Assembly: GCA_016930555.1 (NCBI GenBank)
Contig: JAFGGM010000051.1
Span: 4,715 to 68,714 of the forward strand
Length of the DNA stretch: 64,000 nt
DNA from: Candidatus Bathyarchaeum sp.
Lineage (GTDB): Archaea > Thermoproteota > Bathyarchaeia > Bathyarchaeales > Bathyarchaeaceae
Direction of reading: 5' to 3'
Part shown: one piece after another, positions 1-11,033 of the stretch
Numbering within the stretch: the stretch's first letter is position 1
Layout: each line of letters opens with the position of its first letter
Notes under the pieces: generated by a model
What the model saw: the letters and a program-made list of their open reading frames with translations, nothing else
What the model was told of the DNA's origin: nothing
Databases searched by the model: none
Position numbers and translations under genes: made by a program

Positions 1-428
1 AGAAAGCCCTAAAGAAGCTAGAGGACCTGTTTCTTGAACTCACAAACATAAAAGCTGTTGAGTACGCGGATGAACTTCCGGAATTTGAGGCTAAGCAGTG
101 GGCAATAGCTTCTGAAGGTAAAGTGCAGGTTTTGCTTGAAAGAACTCGTGACGATGCCCTTGAGGGAGAAGGTCTTATGCGGGACCTAGCCCGCCGAGTG
201 CAAGCTCTCAGGAGAGACTTGGGATTTTCGCCCACTGACATAGTTGAGGCAGTTCATGTTGCGAAACTGGATGACAAAGATATGGAGCTTCTGAATCCTT
301 TCCTCACTGAAATGGAGGGGCTTGTGAGAGCCAAAACGGTTCAAGTTCACGGAGAAAGGGTTAAGGTTGATGCTGAATGGCATGAAAGCAAGCTAGACAA
401 AAAGAAAGTATACGTTGCTGTCTTGTAG
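1..428 (+). CDS. ileS: Isoleucyl-tRNA synthetase, C-terminal part (gene starts before the window)
   Basis: Frame is open from base 3 (KALKKLEDLFLELTNIKAV...). EGLMRDLARRVQALRRDLG matches the archaeal/eukaryotic-type IleRS C-terminal EGxxRxxxRxIQxxRK motif. Confidence 0.8.
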   Translation, partial: KALKKLEDLFLELTNIKAVEYADELPEFEAKQWAIASEGKVQVLLERTRDDALEGEGLMRDLARRVQALRRDLGFSPTDIVEAVHVAKLDDKDMELLNPFLTEMEGLVRAKTVQVHGERVKVDAEWHESKLDKKKVYVAVL

Positions 429-533
429 AAACTAATCTAATTCATCACTCGATTCGGCTTCGGATGCCTAAACATATTAAGTTTTGTTGCTACCTAATTC
501 TATGAACAGAAATAAAGGGCAGTCTGAGGAGAT

Positions 534-1499
534 TTGGTAACCTTGGATGAAATCAAGTTTGGAGTGTTTCTTCCCTTTTACTCATTCAGAAACACGGAAA
601 GCGATTCACTATTCAATCGCATCTTGAGTATTACCCAAGAATGTGAAAGGCTAGGATACTATTCGGTTTTGTTGGATGACCATCTAATGTTCAACAACAT
701 GCCGATTCTTGAGTGCTGGACAACCCTCTCAGCCCTCTCTTCAGCAACTGAAAAGATACGACTAGGAACAATGGTAACCTGTAACGGCTTCAGAAACCCC
801 GCTTTGCTCGCCAAAATGGCTGCAACCGTAGACAACATCTCAGATGGAAGATTGGAGCTGGCGATTGGAGCAGGAGTCCAACAGAACGAGCACAACGCCT
901 ATGGATTCCCGTTTCCTTCAACAAAAGCTAGAATCGAAAAATTGAATGAGGCTGTGGAAATCATAAAAAAGCTGTGGACGCACGAAAAAGCAAGCTACTA
1001 CGGGAAACATCACACTATACTTGATGCTGTTTGTGAACCTAAGCCAGTGCAGAAGCCCCATCCTCCAATAACCATAGGTGGCGGAGGAGAAAAACTGACA
1101 ATGAAGGTGACCGCCCAACATGCTGACAGATACGACTGGGGATATCTTTCCACCATAGACACGTACAAGCACAAGTTGAAGGTTCTTGAAAACAACTGTG
1201 ACACAGTAGGCAGAAGCTTTGAAGACATCGAAAAGTCATGCTGGCCTGCAGGACAAATATTCATTGGAAAAGACAAAAAAGAGCTGAAAAAGAAAATGGT
1301 ACAATGGTTGCCAAAGGGTGTTTCTCTGGAAGATTTTATGAAAACAAGTTTCGTGGGCACTCCTGAAGACTTTATCAAACAATTGCAACAATATTTGAAC
1401 CTGAATGTAACACATTTTATGCTGTTTTTTGGTGATATTCCCGACATTGAAGGGGTCAGGGTCTTCGCTGAAAACGTAGTTCATCAAATCAATAATTAG
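534..1499 (+). CDS. LLM-class (luciferase-like) oxidoreductase, probably F420-dependent
   Basis: DDHL, ECWTTLSAL, RLGTMVTCNGFRNPALLAKMAATVD, GRLELAIGAG, PKPVQKPHPPITIGGGGEK. Confidence 0.85.
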   Translation: MVTLDEIKFGVFLPFYSFRNTESDSLFNRILSITQECERLGYYSVLLDDHLMFNNMPILECWTTLSALSSATEKIRLGTMVTCNGFRNPALLAKMAATVDNISDGRLELAIGAGVQQNEHNAYGFPFPSTKARIEKLNEAVEIIKKLWTHEKASYYGKHHTILDAVCEPKPVQKPHPPITIGGGGEKLTMKVTAQHADRYDWGYLSTIDTYKHKLKVLENNCDTVGRSFEDIEKSCWPAGQIFIGKDKKELKKKMVQWLPKGVSLEDFMKTSFVGTPEDFIKQLQQYLNLNVTHFMLFFGDIPDIEGVRVFAENVVHQINN

Positions 1500-1557
1500 A
1501 TTTCTGAAAACAGTTCACGCCATCATGTGGCTTCGAATGTTGTATAAAAAAGGTGAA

Positions 1558-2625
1558 TCACATTGGAACCACGGACAGAATGAAGACAGCAAGGAGAACG
1601 ATGGCGCCAATTTTTCTACTGGTTGTGATTTTTGAAACATCGTCTAGGGGACCTGGATGCTTAGCTGCAGAGAAGAAGAGGGCTAGGACAGCCATTGTCC
1701 ACCATCCAATTAGGACTAACAAAACGATTCCTGCGTATGAAATAGTTTGGTGTGCCTTATTCCCCATTAAGCTACGGGCAACGTGACCTCCATCAAACAT
1801 TCCTGAAGGAACCAAGTTAAGCATAGTCACGACCATACCAACCCAGCCAGCGAAGACTATAGGATTTGGTGATAACGTGACACCTGCTGGAGCACTAGGC
1901 GGGAACAAGAAAATTATGAAACGGTACATTAAAGGGTACACTCCGCCTAATTCTGTACCTATTACTGTTGGATCTTGTACAACTTGGAAAGGTAACTGTA
2001 TCCCCAATATCATGACTATTACAGCTATTATGAAACCTGTTATTGGTCCTGTGAAGCCTATGTCGAAAAGGGCGTCCCTATTTGGCGGAATAGCTTTCTG
2101 TCGGATAACGGCTCCAAATGTGCCAATACCTAAAGGCGGTGGAGGGCTTGGAATAAAATACGGATACGTGGCGTCCACATCATGTTTGTCTGCAAGTAGT
2201 TTGTGTCCCATCTCATGAGAACCGAGTATAGCCATGATCGCACCCGTAAACAGCAAGGCACCAAGTATGTCTGTATCTGACAGGATGTATCCTGATAAGA
2301 AAACAGTTCCTAGCGTTGCAAAAAACAGCACGACATTTATTATGTTCCGGTTGGGTTTTACGGGCGGTTTTGCCACAACTCGGAGTACAAACTTTTTGTT
2401 TTCCTTTCTGAGAAGGGGAATAAACTTTATAGGTTCCAACTGTTGCACAAGCCTCAGGAAAGCTTTCTTCGTGTCTTCTGTGTGTCGTAAATAAAATGTT
2501 GGGATATCGTGGTCAACGAAGCTTTCTTCTACATCAAATTCTGAATCAACCATGATTTGAATTTGTTCAAAAGTTGGCAAATAATCAGGGTCATCGACGT
2601 AATCGTCCGCAGATGCACAGCACAT
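1558..2625 (-). CDS. Site-2 (M50 family) intramembrane metalloprotease
   Basis: HEMGH zinc motif, GTFGAVI, NLVPSGMFDGGH and several TM segments. Start moved to ATG 2625, which follows a GAGGT SD-like sequence; the ORF track starts at 2742. Confidence 0.85.
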   Translation of the reverse strand: MCCASADDYVDDPDYLPTFEQIQIMVDSEFDVEESFVDHDIPTFYLRHTEDTKKAFLRLVQQLEPIKFIPLLRKENKKFVLRVVAKPPVKPNRNIINVVLFFATLGTVFLSGYILSDTDILGALLFTGAIMAILGSHEMGHKLLADKHDVDATYPYFIPSPPPPLGIGTFGAVIRQKAIPPNRDALFDIGFTGPITGFIIAVIVMILGIQLPFQVVQDPTVIGTELGGVYPLMYRFIIFLFPPSAPAGVTLSPNPIVFAGWVGMVVTMLNLVPSGMFDGGHVARSLMGNKAHQTISYAGIVLLVLIGWWTMAVLALFFSAAKHPGPLDDVSKITTSRKIGAIVLLAVFILSVVPM

Positions 2626-2976
2626 GTTGACCTCGTATTGAAGCCGATTAGAGGTATTAGAATGTTGTGTAAAATAGTTACCAGTCCCCCGCGAATAGGT
2701 AAATTCATTGAATTCAGCCATGATTTTGATGGACACATACATAAAACATGATGTTGCTTGATTGGGACTGAAGGATTAGATTTCGTTAGAATACTAGTTC
2801 TGTGTGCCAAATATTTTCGGGTTTCAGAATGATTGGATGCTTCATGGATAAATGTTATTAGATGATGAACGATAACGTTCTTTTGTGAGCTGAATTCAGA
2901 CTTGAAGAGCAACACTACAGGGCGCTAGATATATTAACTTGATTGTAGGGCATAAACGTTCGACAAAAAAAAGAAG

Positions 2977-4137
2977 ATGAGGAAGATGGAGCATAAAATT
3001 TCTGGTGTAGAATACATTGAATTAATCAGTGACAACCTACTAAAAATGACAAAAAAAGACCTACTTCCATTATACGAAGACCTGAAAGCTGCAGATTGTA
3101 TCGTTTGTGGTGGTTCGGGCAGATCTCTTCATTCACTGAACATTGCCATGAGCCAAATAGCTATGATGAAAGACCCAAAAGTAATCATCACCAGAGAGGA
3201 TGTTGGTTTTCCTGGAAGAGGAATGTATGACGCAGCTTCAAAAATCGAAAAGCGCCACAAAAAAATTGTTCTTCTTATCAATTCTGGAAGTGGCGAATCC
3301 GACGATCCGATACACCTTGCTGAAGAGCTGGAAAAATATTTGAAAGAAACAGGCAGCACCCACTTCACTATGGGATTGCTAACCTCAAACTCAAACTCTT
3401 CACTTGCAAAGATTGCTCAAAGGCACGGACATGTGATTACGGTTGCGGGGAGAACCAAGCAGCAAATTCCTTCATCGGATGCTTACAGTGAGACAGGAAT
3501 AATGGGTGACCTCTTTGAGCTTGGAAGCCTATTTTTGTTGCAGATGATTACTGAAGCAATAGCTGAAGATAGCCCCGTGGATAGGGTTCTGGAGCTTGTA
3601 GCTGAGGAAGCACCTGTTTTGAGGGAACTCACTGAGAAAGCGATTCATTCTAAATCTATTCATGCTGCTTTAAATATTCTTGAAAGACGCAGTGACATAT
3701 TTCTGGGTGGAAGAGGAACTGCCGAGGAGGTAGCTAAGATGACTGCTGTTCGTTTATTTCACATCAAAAAGTCTCTGGGCGATGACGTCTATATTGCTCG
3801 TGGAGTAAACACGCCTCATCCTAGGGCTGGAGACCTTGAGATTCTTGTTTCTTACTCGGGGAGAACCAAGCCTGTTGTTGGCTGGTGTAACAGATTTAAG
3901 GGTTTAGGCGGAACTGTTCTTTCAATTATTGGGCGTGATGGCACAAATCTTGACATACATTCTGATTTGAAGATACTTCTTGAGGAGACAGTTGAACCTG
4001 GTAAACCAAGAAGATTCTACATGAGAGCAGCTTATGTGCTAAGTTGCCTACCTATTCTGTTGACGGCAAGACTAAGGGAAAAAGGGCTTCTTCTGCCAGA
4101 ATACATACTCAAATGGTATCACTCTGTAATTGAGTGA
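2977..4137 (+). CDS. Tandem double-SIS-domain sugar-phosphate isomerase-like protein (PHI/HxlB-like)
   Basis: Two SIS repeats: CGGSGRS...INSGSGES...TSNSNSSLAK and FLGGRGTAEEVAKMTAVRLFHI...GDLEILVSYSGRT. Confidence 0.65.
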   Translation: MRKMEHKISGVEYIELISDNLLKMTKKDLLPLYEDLKAADCIVCGGSGRSLHSLNIAMSQIAMMKDPKVIITREDVGFPGRGMYDAASKIEKRHKKIVLLINSGSGESDDPIHLAEELEKYLKETGSTHFTMGLLTSNSNSSLAKIAQRHGHVITVAGRTKQQIPSSDAYSETGIMGDLFELGSLFLLQMITEAIAEDSPVDRVLELVAEEAPVLRELTEKAIHSKSIHAALNILERRSDIFLGGRGTAEEVAKMTAVRLFHIKKSLGDDVYIARGVNTPHPRAGDLEILVSYSGRTKPVVGWCNRFKGLGGTVLSIIGRDGTNLDIHSDLKILLEETVEPGKPRRFYMRAAYVLSCLPILLTARLREKGLLLPEYILKWYHSVIE

Positions 4138-4181
4138 ATCCAAGAATTCACAGCCCGGAAAGAATGTTTCACTTAGACTGC

Positions 4182-5840
4182 TTAGAGTTTCTTTAGCACA
4201 CTTCCTTTATGTGCAGACTGGACAAGCTGAGAATAGCGCGCCAAATATCCCGTTTTTACGTTAGGCTCTTTTGTAGTCCAAGATTTTGCTCGCTTAGCCA
4301 GTTCTTCATCGCTCAGCTTAACGCCCAATTTTCTTTTTGGAACATCAATTTCTATTATGTCACCTTCTTCAAGTAGACCTATGGGTCCGCCGACAGCAGC
4401 CTCAGGAGCTACATGTCCGATGCATGGTCCTCTGGTTGCTCCCGAAAACCTTCCGTCAGTAATCAGGGCAACAGATTCGCTTAGCCCCATTCCCGCGATG
4501 GTTGCTGTGGGTGAAAGCATTTCCCGCATTCCTGGTCCGCCCTTTGGTCCTTCGTAACGGACAACCACGACGTCGCCTTTCTGAATTTTCTTGTTCATTA
4601 TAGCCTTCATCGCATCCTCTTCAGAGTCGAAGATTTTAGCTGGACCTTCATGAAGCATCATGTTGTCTGATATGCCCGCAGCTTTCACCACAGAGCCGTC
4701 AGGCGCCAGATTTCCTGTCAAAATTGCTATGCCACCTTCTTTATGAACAGGATTATCCAGTGGACGAATAACTTCGGGGTTAAGAACAACAGCGGATGCA
4801 ATGTTTTCTTTAACTGTTTTTCCTGTTACTGTAGCAGCGTTCAGATTAAGGGTATTCTCTAGTTGCTTCATGACTGCGGGTATTCCTCCCGCCTCATCCA
4901 ACTCTTTCATGTCGTATGGTCCACTGGGAATCATACTACAAATGTGGGAAACTCGTCTACTCAACTTGTCAAAGGTAGACAGGGGCAAGTCAACCCCTGC
5001 CTCGTTTGCAATGGCAGTAACATGTAACACAGTGTTCGTAGAGCCGCCGAGAGCCATATCCACCATAATTGCATTCTCAAAGGATCCAGGCGATAATATG
5101 TCTCTGGGCTTTAAATCTTCCTTTACCAATCCGACAACTCTCTCTCCTGTTGCTTTGGCGACTCTCAACCGCTCAGCGCTGACAGCAGGAGGCGTAGCAC
5201 ATCCAGGCAACGACATTCCTAATGCCTCTGTTACGCATGCCATAGTGTTGGCAGTAAACATGCCATTGCATGATCCACACCCTGGGCAGGCAACATCTTC
5301 AAGACACTTCAATTCTTCTTCACTCATTTTGCCTGCAGCAACTTTTCCTATAGCCTCAAACATCGAGTCTGTTCCAACTTTCTTTCCTTTGTAGAAGCCT
5401 GAAAGCATTGGACCGCCAGTAACCATTATTGCTGGGATGTTGAGTCTAGCAGCTGCCATAAGCATGCCGGGAGTTATTTTGTCGCAGGTTGTTATCAGAA
5501 CAATTCCGTCAAATCTGTGAGCTTGAACCATAACCTCAACAGAGTCAGCAATTAATTCCCGAGACGGCAAAGAATATCGCATGCCATTGTGACCCATGGC
5601 TATGCCGTCGCAGATGCCTATTGTGTTGAATTCGAAGGGAACACCTCCAGCGCTGACCACTCCCGTTTTCACGGCATCGGCTACCTGATTCAGGTGAATG
5701 TGTCCGGGAATGATGTTTGTGTAACTGTTTACTACGCCAATGAATGGTTTTTTTAGGTCGGTGTCTGAGACTCCAAGAGCCTTTAACAGGGCACGGTGAG
5801 GAGCCCTCTCAATTCCAACTTTTACTGCATCGCTTCTCAA
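4182..5840 (-). CDS. ilvD: Dihydroxy-acid dehydratase
   Basis: [41 protein letters not shown]. Confidence 0.97.
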   Translation of the reverse strand: MRSDAVKVGIERAPHRALLKALGVSDTDLKKPFIGVVNSYTNIIPGHIHLNQVADAVKTGVVSAGGVPFEFNTIGICDGIAMGHNGMRYSLPSRELIADSVEVMVQAHRFDGIVLITTCDKITPGMLMAAARLNIPAIMVTGGPMLSGFYKGKKVGTDSMFEAIGKVAAGKMSEEELKCLEDVACPGCGSCNGMFTANTMACVTEALGMSLPGCATPPAVSAERLRVAKATGERVVGLVKEDLKPRDILSPGSFENAIMVDMALGGSTNTVLHVTAIANEAGVDLPLSTFDKLSRRVSHICSMIPSGPYDMKELDEAGGIPAVMKQLENTLNLNAATVTGKTVKENIASAVVLNPEVIRPLDNPVHKEGGIAILTGNLAPDGSVVKAAGISDNMMLHEGPAKIFDSEEDAMKAIMNKKIQKGDVVVVRYEGPKGGPGMREMLSPTATIAGMGLSESVALITDGRFSGATRGPCIGHVAPEAAVGGPIGLLEEGDIIEIDVPKRKLGVKLSDEELAKRAKSWTTKEPNVKTGYLARYSQLVQSAHKGSVLKKL

Positions 5841-5993
5841 ATTTTATTCCTCTATGAGTGTTTAATAGATAGATGGCAGCTTTTCTGTTAAGTGTTTTGA
5901 CCCAATAAAGAATGTGATTGTACCTTTCGCTAGATATCTCAGACTCGTTTAGGTTAGCTTTGGAACCTTTTAAAGAAAAAGCGAGCATACATT

Positions 5994-6887
5994 TTGTTGT
6001 GTGTAAGTTTGCTTTCTGATAAAATTAGCGAAATCAAGTTAGACAGGACTAGTGGAGCTAGTCAGATTGCCCGAAAAGCTTTAGGGGTCCTCAGATTATT
6101 TGCCCAAACCAGCAAACATAAGAACTGCAGAAGGTTTAAAGAAGACTTCATTGAATTAGGCAGAAAACTTTTTGAAACAAGACCCAACATGGCACCTGTA
6201 CAAAATTTGGTGGCACAAATCGCCTACGAAGTAGACACAATAGACGAGCAGAGTCAAGTTTCTGTTCGAAAGTTTGTAGCATCTAGAATAAACAAAATGT
6301 ACAAAGAATCAGAAGTTGCCGTAAAAAAATGTGCTGAATGGGGCGCCACCATAATCGGTGATGCTGATTGTTTAGCAAGTTGCAGTGACAGTTCCACAGT
6401 TTGCGAAACATTTAGGGTAGCAAAACAGGCAGGAAAGACCTTCAAAGTTTTTGTTTCGGAGTCAAGAAGCGACGATGGCAGATTCCATTATGGCGAAATT
6501 ATGGCAGAATTCCTAAGGTCATTAGATGTTCGTGCAGAAGTTTTTCCTGACAACGAAATCCGCAATTATGTCTCAGATGCAGAATGTGTTTTGGTGGGGG
6601 CGGATAGCGTGCTTTGTGATCTGTCTGTCATAAACGGGAAGCCAACTGCTCAAGTTGCGGCTGTTGCAAAGGAATGTGGGATACCATTCTATTCTGTCTG
6701 TGAGACATCAAAGGCGAATACTCTGAGTTATCTGGGCAAAAAGGTCGAGTTGAACGAAGGCTTTGATATTACCCCGGCAAATCTGATAACCGGATTGGTA
6801 ACCGAAAGAGGACTCCTGGATGCCAACGCAATTATTGAGATTATGAAAAGCAATTCAAAGTATTTCAAAATCTTCGAAGTTACGTAA
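5994..6887 (+). CDS. eIF-2B alpha/beta/delta-like protein (ribose-1,5-bisphosphate / methylthioribose-1-P isomerase family)
   Basis: SGAS, RPNMAP, SSTV, ESR, LVGADSV, NGKPT, VCETSK, FDITP...LVTERG. Confidence 0.75.
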   Translation: MLCVSLLSDKISEIKLDRTSGASQIARKALGVLRLFAQTSKHKNCRRFKEDFIELGRKLFETRPNMAPVQNLVAQIAYEVDTIDEQSQVSVRKFVASRINKMYKESEVAVKKCAEWGATIIGDADCLASCSDSSTVCETFRVAKQAGKTFKVFVSESRSDDGRFHYGEIMAEFLRSLDVRAEVFPDNEIRNYVSDAECVLVGADSVLCDLSVINGKPTAQVAAVAKECGIPFYSVCETSKANTLSYLGKKVELNEGFDITPANLITGLVTERGLLDANAIIEIMKSNSKYFKIFEVT

Positions 6888-7657
6888 TGGCGAAAGCTGT
6901 TTATATCATTTTTTTGCATTATGTAAAAAACGTAACCGTAGTAATCAGAGTATTTTCTGAACATCTCAATTTCTGTTTCTTCATAGGCTATAACCTTCAA
7001 TGCTTCTTGATCATCTTTGAATCTGGTTTTCAATGAAGGGAGTTTTGTCTCTATCGGCGTAAAGTAATTGCCCCACCAACTTATTGAGGGAAGAACAAAA
7101 GAGTCAACTAACCTGTATCTGCTGTTTTGGATAATCTCAATATTTCCTTCTATCGTTTTAATGACTGGATACATCTGTTTCATGTAATCTTTTGCTTCTT
7201 GAGGGGCACCATCTTTTAGCCATGACAGTTCCGAAACAACAACATACCCCTTTGGAGTCAGCAACCGCCTCCATTCTCGCAACCCTTTCTCAAAACCGAT
7301 AATGAAGATTGCTCCCTCAGACCAAATAACATCAAAGCTATCATCTTCAAATTTTAGGTTGCGCATATCTCCATTTACTATCTTGATTCTATGGTTGGCA
7401 CCCTCTTTTTTTATTGACTCTTCAAGTTGCTCCAAGAATGGCTTATGAAAATCAAAAGCAACAATTTGTCCATCAGACAGCTTTGCCAACTCAACTGTCT
7501 GCATTCCTGGACCGCAACCAACATCTAGTATACGCGGATTTTTTGGCAAATCCTTGAGCAGTTTGTAGGCTTTTCCTGTTGACATGTTATCTCCTGGGCC
7601 TTGTCTGGAGAGCCCATTATGTATTGTCCAAAAGAATTCAGGTAATTTTTCGCTCAT
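6728..7657 (-). CDS. Class I SAM-dependent methyltransferase; the C-terminal extension is probably an artefact
   Basis: RQGPG, ILDVGCGPG, FDVIWSEGAI, YGYVFYIMQK. The last ~55 aa overlap the convergent gene. Confidence 0.85.
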   Translation of the reverse strand: MSEKLPEFFWTIHNGLSRQGPGDNMSTGKAYKLLKDLPKNPRILDVGCGPGMQTVELAKLSDGQIVAFDFHKPFLEQLEESIKKEGANHRIKIVNGDMRNLKFEDDSFDVIWSEGAIFIIGFEKGLREWRRLLTPKGYVVVSELSWLKDGAPQEAKDYMKQMYPVIKTIEGNIEIIQNSRYRLVDSFVLPSISWWGNYFTPIETKLPSLKTRFKDDQEALKVIAYEETEIEMFRKYSDYYGYVFYIMQKNDINSFRHYVTSKILKYFELLFIISIIALASRSPLSVTNPVIRFAGVISKPSFNSTFLPR

Positions 7658-7784
7658 TTTAGTGTCACTTAAATTGATACAAGATATTAGATTACACAGA
7701 AAAACATTTATATTTACGGTAAAGTTGTTGTGGTAAAACGAGGAATGAATCGTGAGGGATCATTGGGTTTTCGAGGAGTATAAA

Positions 7785-9321
7785 ATGGGGGATCGCTTTA
7801 TCCACTAGCTTCCCCAAAGCGATAAAATTTTTTGACACCACCCTCAGAGACGGCGAACAGACTCCTGGAGTCTCTTTAACTCCTGAAAAAAAGCTTAGAA
7901 TTGCCGAGAGCCTAGATGTGCTCGGAGTCAACGCCATAGAGGCTGGTTTTGCTGCAGCTTCTGAGGGTGAACTAGAAGCAATAAAACTAATTGCAGATGC
8001 AGGACTCAAGGTGCAAGTCTACAGCATGGCTCGAGGAGTAACGAACGATATAGATGCTGTGTTGAAAACTGGAGCCATAGGAGTGCATCTGGTTATTCCT
8101 TCTTCAGATTTACATCTGAAATACAAATTGAAAAAGACACGAGAAGACATTCTGAAAATCACAGAAGACACAACCCAATACGCTAAGGACCATGGCTTAA
8201 AAGTTGAGCTTTCAGCTGAGGACGCTACAAGAAGCGACCTAGACTTTCTCACCCAAATGTTCAAGGCAGGAGTTGCTGCAGGCGCAGATAGGCTATGCCC
8301 ATGCGACACTGTAGGAGTTCTGATACCTGAAAGAACCATTGAACTATTTTCTGAACTGAAAAAAAGAATCAGTAATGTGCCCCTAAGCGTCCACTGCCAT
8401 GACGACTTTGGTTTAGCCGTGGCTAACTCCATAATTGCCCTAAAATCTGGTGCTGATCAGACACACGTTACGATGAATGGGTTAGGCGAGCGTGCTGGAA
8501 ATGCTTCCTTGGAGGAGCTGGCGGTTGTCCTCAAAGCACAATATAAAGTGAATTTGGCGATTAAAACTGAGCTGCTGTATGAGACATCTCTTCTGGTTTC
8601 GCGGATAACCGATTTTCCGTTACAGCCTAACAAGGCAATCGTAGGCGAGAACGCCTTTGTTCATGAGTCAGGGATGCACACACATGGGATATTATCTAAT
8701 CCCGCAACTTATGAGCCCTTCAATCCTGATATAATTGGGCGCACAAGACGGATTGCTTCAGGTAAACACTCGGGTTCAACTGGAATCAGGGCATCGTTGA
8801 TGGAGATGGGATTTGACCCCAATGATGAGCAGCTTAAAGAAATCTTTCAACGAGTGAAAAGTATAGGAGACAAAGGCAAGCGTGTAGCTGACGCTGACCT
8901 TCAGGCAATCGCTGAATTAATTATGGGTTTGCCTGCGATTCGTCCAATAAAACTTGAAGAAATTACAGTCGTAACAGGCAGCAGAGTTACTTCAACGGCT
9001 TCTGTGAGGCTAAACCTTAATGGTAAGATGCTTACAGAAGCGGCTACGGGAGTAGGTCCAGTGGACGCTGCCATCAGCGCCATAAAAAAGGCGGTTGGAA
9101 TTGTTGAGCCGATACAACTGGATAATTATTCTGTCAAGGCCATCACTGGAGGCACTAACGCTGTGACTGAGGTAGCTGTGAGCATAAGCAAAGGCGACCG
9201 AAAAGCTACAGCCATCGGTGTTAACGAGGACATCGTCATAGCAAGCGTTGAGGCAATGCTCAGCGGCATGAACGTACTGATGACAAATCATAATAACAAA
9301 GAATTTAAGGAGAAATCTTGA
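7785..9321 (+). CDS. 2-isopropylmalate / (R)-citramalate synthase (LeuA/CimA family); start anomalous
   Basis: The in-frame DTTLRDGEQTPG motif lies upstream of the ORF-track start 7918. HCHDDFG, GERAGNA, HESGMH and a C-terminal regulatory domain (GVGPVDA) are present. LeuA and CimA cannot be told apart by eye. Confidence 0.85.
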
Positions 9322-11030
9322 AAATGGCAAAAATGACTGGAGCACAAGCTCTCATAGAATCTCTGAAACGCGAAAAAGTAGACGTGATGTTTGGTATATC
9401 TGGAGGAGCTCTTCTGCCCATCCATGATGTCCTTTGTGACTGTAATGAAATTAGGCATATCCTTGCTCGACACGAACAGGGTGCAGCCCACATGGCAGAT
9501 GGATACGCTAGGGCGCTTGGTCGAGCGGGAGTATGCATGGCTACTTCAGGTCCTGGAGCCACAAACATTGTCACGGGATTGGCCAACGCCTACCTAGACT
9601 CTTCGCCAGTTGTTGCATTGACTGGGCAGGTTAACACTTACTCCGAAAACACAGCTTATATGATTGGTCGTGACGCATTCCAAGAAGCTGACATAATCGG
9701 AATAACAACACCAATAACAAAGTATAATTGTCAAGTTAAGAGCCCAGCAGAGATTCCCACTGCAGTAAAGACAACATTCCACATTGCCACAACAGGCAGA
9801 CCTGGACCAGCTTTGATCGACTTCCCGAAAGACACTCAAACGAAAAAAGCTGAAATGGTGTTTCCGGACAATGTGCAGATTAGGGGCTACAAACCCAACA
9901 CTGAACCCCACCCAATTCAGGTTAAGCGGGCTGTAAAGATGCTCCTCAAGGCAGAGCGCCCAATGATACTTGCAGGCGGAGGAGTAATCCTTTCGAATGC
10001 CTCGCCTGAGTTGCTGCAACTTGCTGAACTTTTGATGATGCCAGTGGCAACAACGTTCATGGGAAAGAGCTGTTTCCCCGAAAATCATCCTCTGTCTATG
10101 GGTAATATTGGGATGCACGGGACCATGTTGGCAAACAAGATGATTTTGGAAGCGGATGTTCTGCTGGCTGTTGGGACAAGATTTCAGGATAGAAGCACAG
10201 GAACATTGGATGGCTTCTGTCCAAACGCCAAAATTATTCACATTGACATTGATGCTGCGGAGATAGGAAAGAACGTTCCTGTTGAAGTGCCGATTGTAGC
10301 TGACGCAAAACCGACCTTGAGGCTTATTCATCAACAGCTAGTTCATAAAATCAAGAAGCGCGAGAGTACCGTATGGAGCAAAAAAGTCAAGGAAGCTAAA
10401 GAAACATTTCTGAGTGAAATGGACTTTGGTAAGGCTGAGGTAACTTCTCCGAAGCTGCTGAAGGAACTTCGTAAGCTTCTTCCAAACAAAGCGGTCATAG
10501 CCACTGAGGTGGGACAGAATCAGATGTGGGCGGCTCTCCATTTCCAGACAATCAAACCTCGAACATGGATCAGTTCTGGCGGCTTAGGGACAATGGGTTT
10601 CGGTTTTCCTGCTTCTATAGGAGCAAAAGTGGCGTGTCCTTCATGCCCAGTTGTTGACATAGCTGGAGATGGAAGTTTCAGAATGACTGAGCAGGAGTTG
10701 GGTACCTCAGTGACAGAAGACATACCCGTAATAGTGGTTATCTTGAATAATTCAATGCTGGGCATGGTCGCTCAGTGGCAGCGCCTATTCTACAAGAGTA
10801 GATATGCCGCTGTGAAGTTGGGATCAGTCCCCGATTTCGTTAAGCTGGCTCAAGCCTACGGCGCTGAGGGAGTTCGTGCAGCCTCTTTGAGTGAGTTCTC
10901 TGATGCAACGAAAAAAGCTTTAAAGACTGAGGTAACAACGGTCATTGATGTTCCAATCTCACCAGAGGATGATGTGTTTCCGATGCTTCCACCGGGTAAA
11001 GGTCTAAAAGATACTGTTGCGGGGTTGTAA
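9318..11030 (+). CDS. ilvB: Acetolactate synthase large subunit
   Basis: RHEQGAAHMADGYAR, TSGPGATN, SGGLGTMGFG, GDGSF...NNSMLGMV. Likely start is ATG 9324. Confidence 0.96.
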   Translation: MKMAKMTGAQALIESLKREKVDVMFGISGGALLPIHDVLCDCNEIRHILARHEQGAAHMADGYARALGRAGVCMATSGPGATNIVTGLANAYLDSSPVVALTGQVNTYSENTAYMIGRDAFQEADIIGITTPITKYNCQVKSPAEIPTAVKTTFHIATTGRPGPALIDFPKDTQTKKAEMVFPDNVQIRGYKPNTEPHPIQVKRAVKMLLKAERPMILAGGGVILSNASPELLQLAELLMMPVATTFMGKSCFPENHPLSMGNIGMHGTMLANKMILEADVLLAVGTRFQDRSTGTLDGFCPNAKIIHIDIDAAEIGKNVPVEVPIVADAKPTLRLIHQQLVHKIKKRESTVWSKKVKEAKETFLSEMDFGKAEVTSPKLLKELRKLLPNKAVIATEVGQNQMWAALHFQTIKPRTWISSGGLGTMGFGFPASIGAKVACPSCPVVDIAGDGSFRMTEQELGTSVTEDIPVIVVILNNSMLGMVAQWQRLFYKSRYAAVKLGSVPDFVKLAQAYGAEGVRAASLSEFSDATKKALKTEVTTVIDVPISPEDDVFPMLPPGKGLKDTVAGL

Positions 11031-11033
11031 ACC

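Noticed and set aside
2863..2930. Possible C/D box sRNA (ATGATGA...CTGA...TGAAGA)
   Set aside because: Guide spacing is atypical and there is no terminal D box.
7691..7783. Four consecutive Val codons (GTT GTT GTG GTA, 7724-35) upstream of the leu/ilv operon, suggesting a branched-chain leader peptide
   Set aside because: No canonical start codon precedes them and the frame runs through the likely TATA box (7707-15), so they probably lie upstream of the TSS. Worth re-checking only if the TSS maps further upstream.
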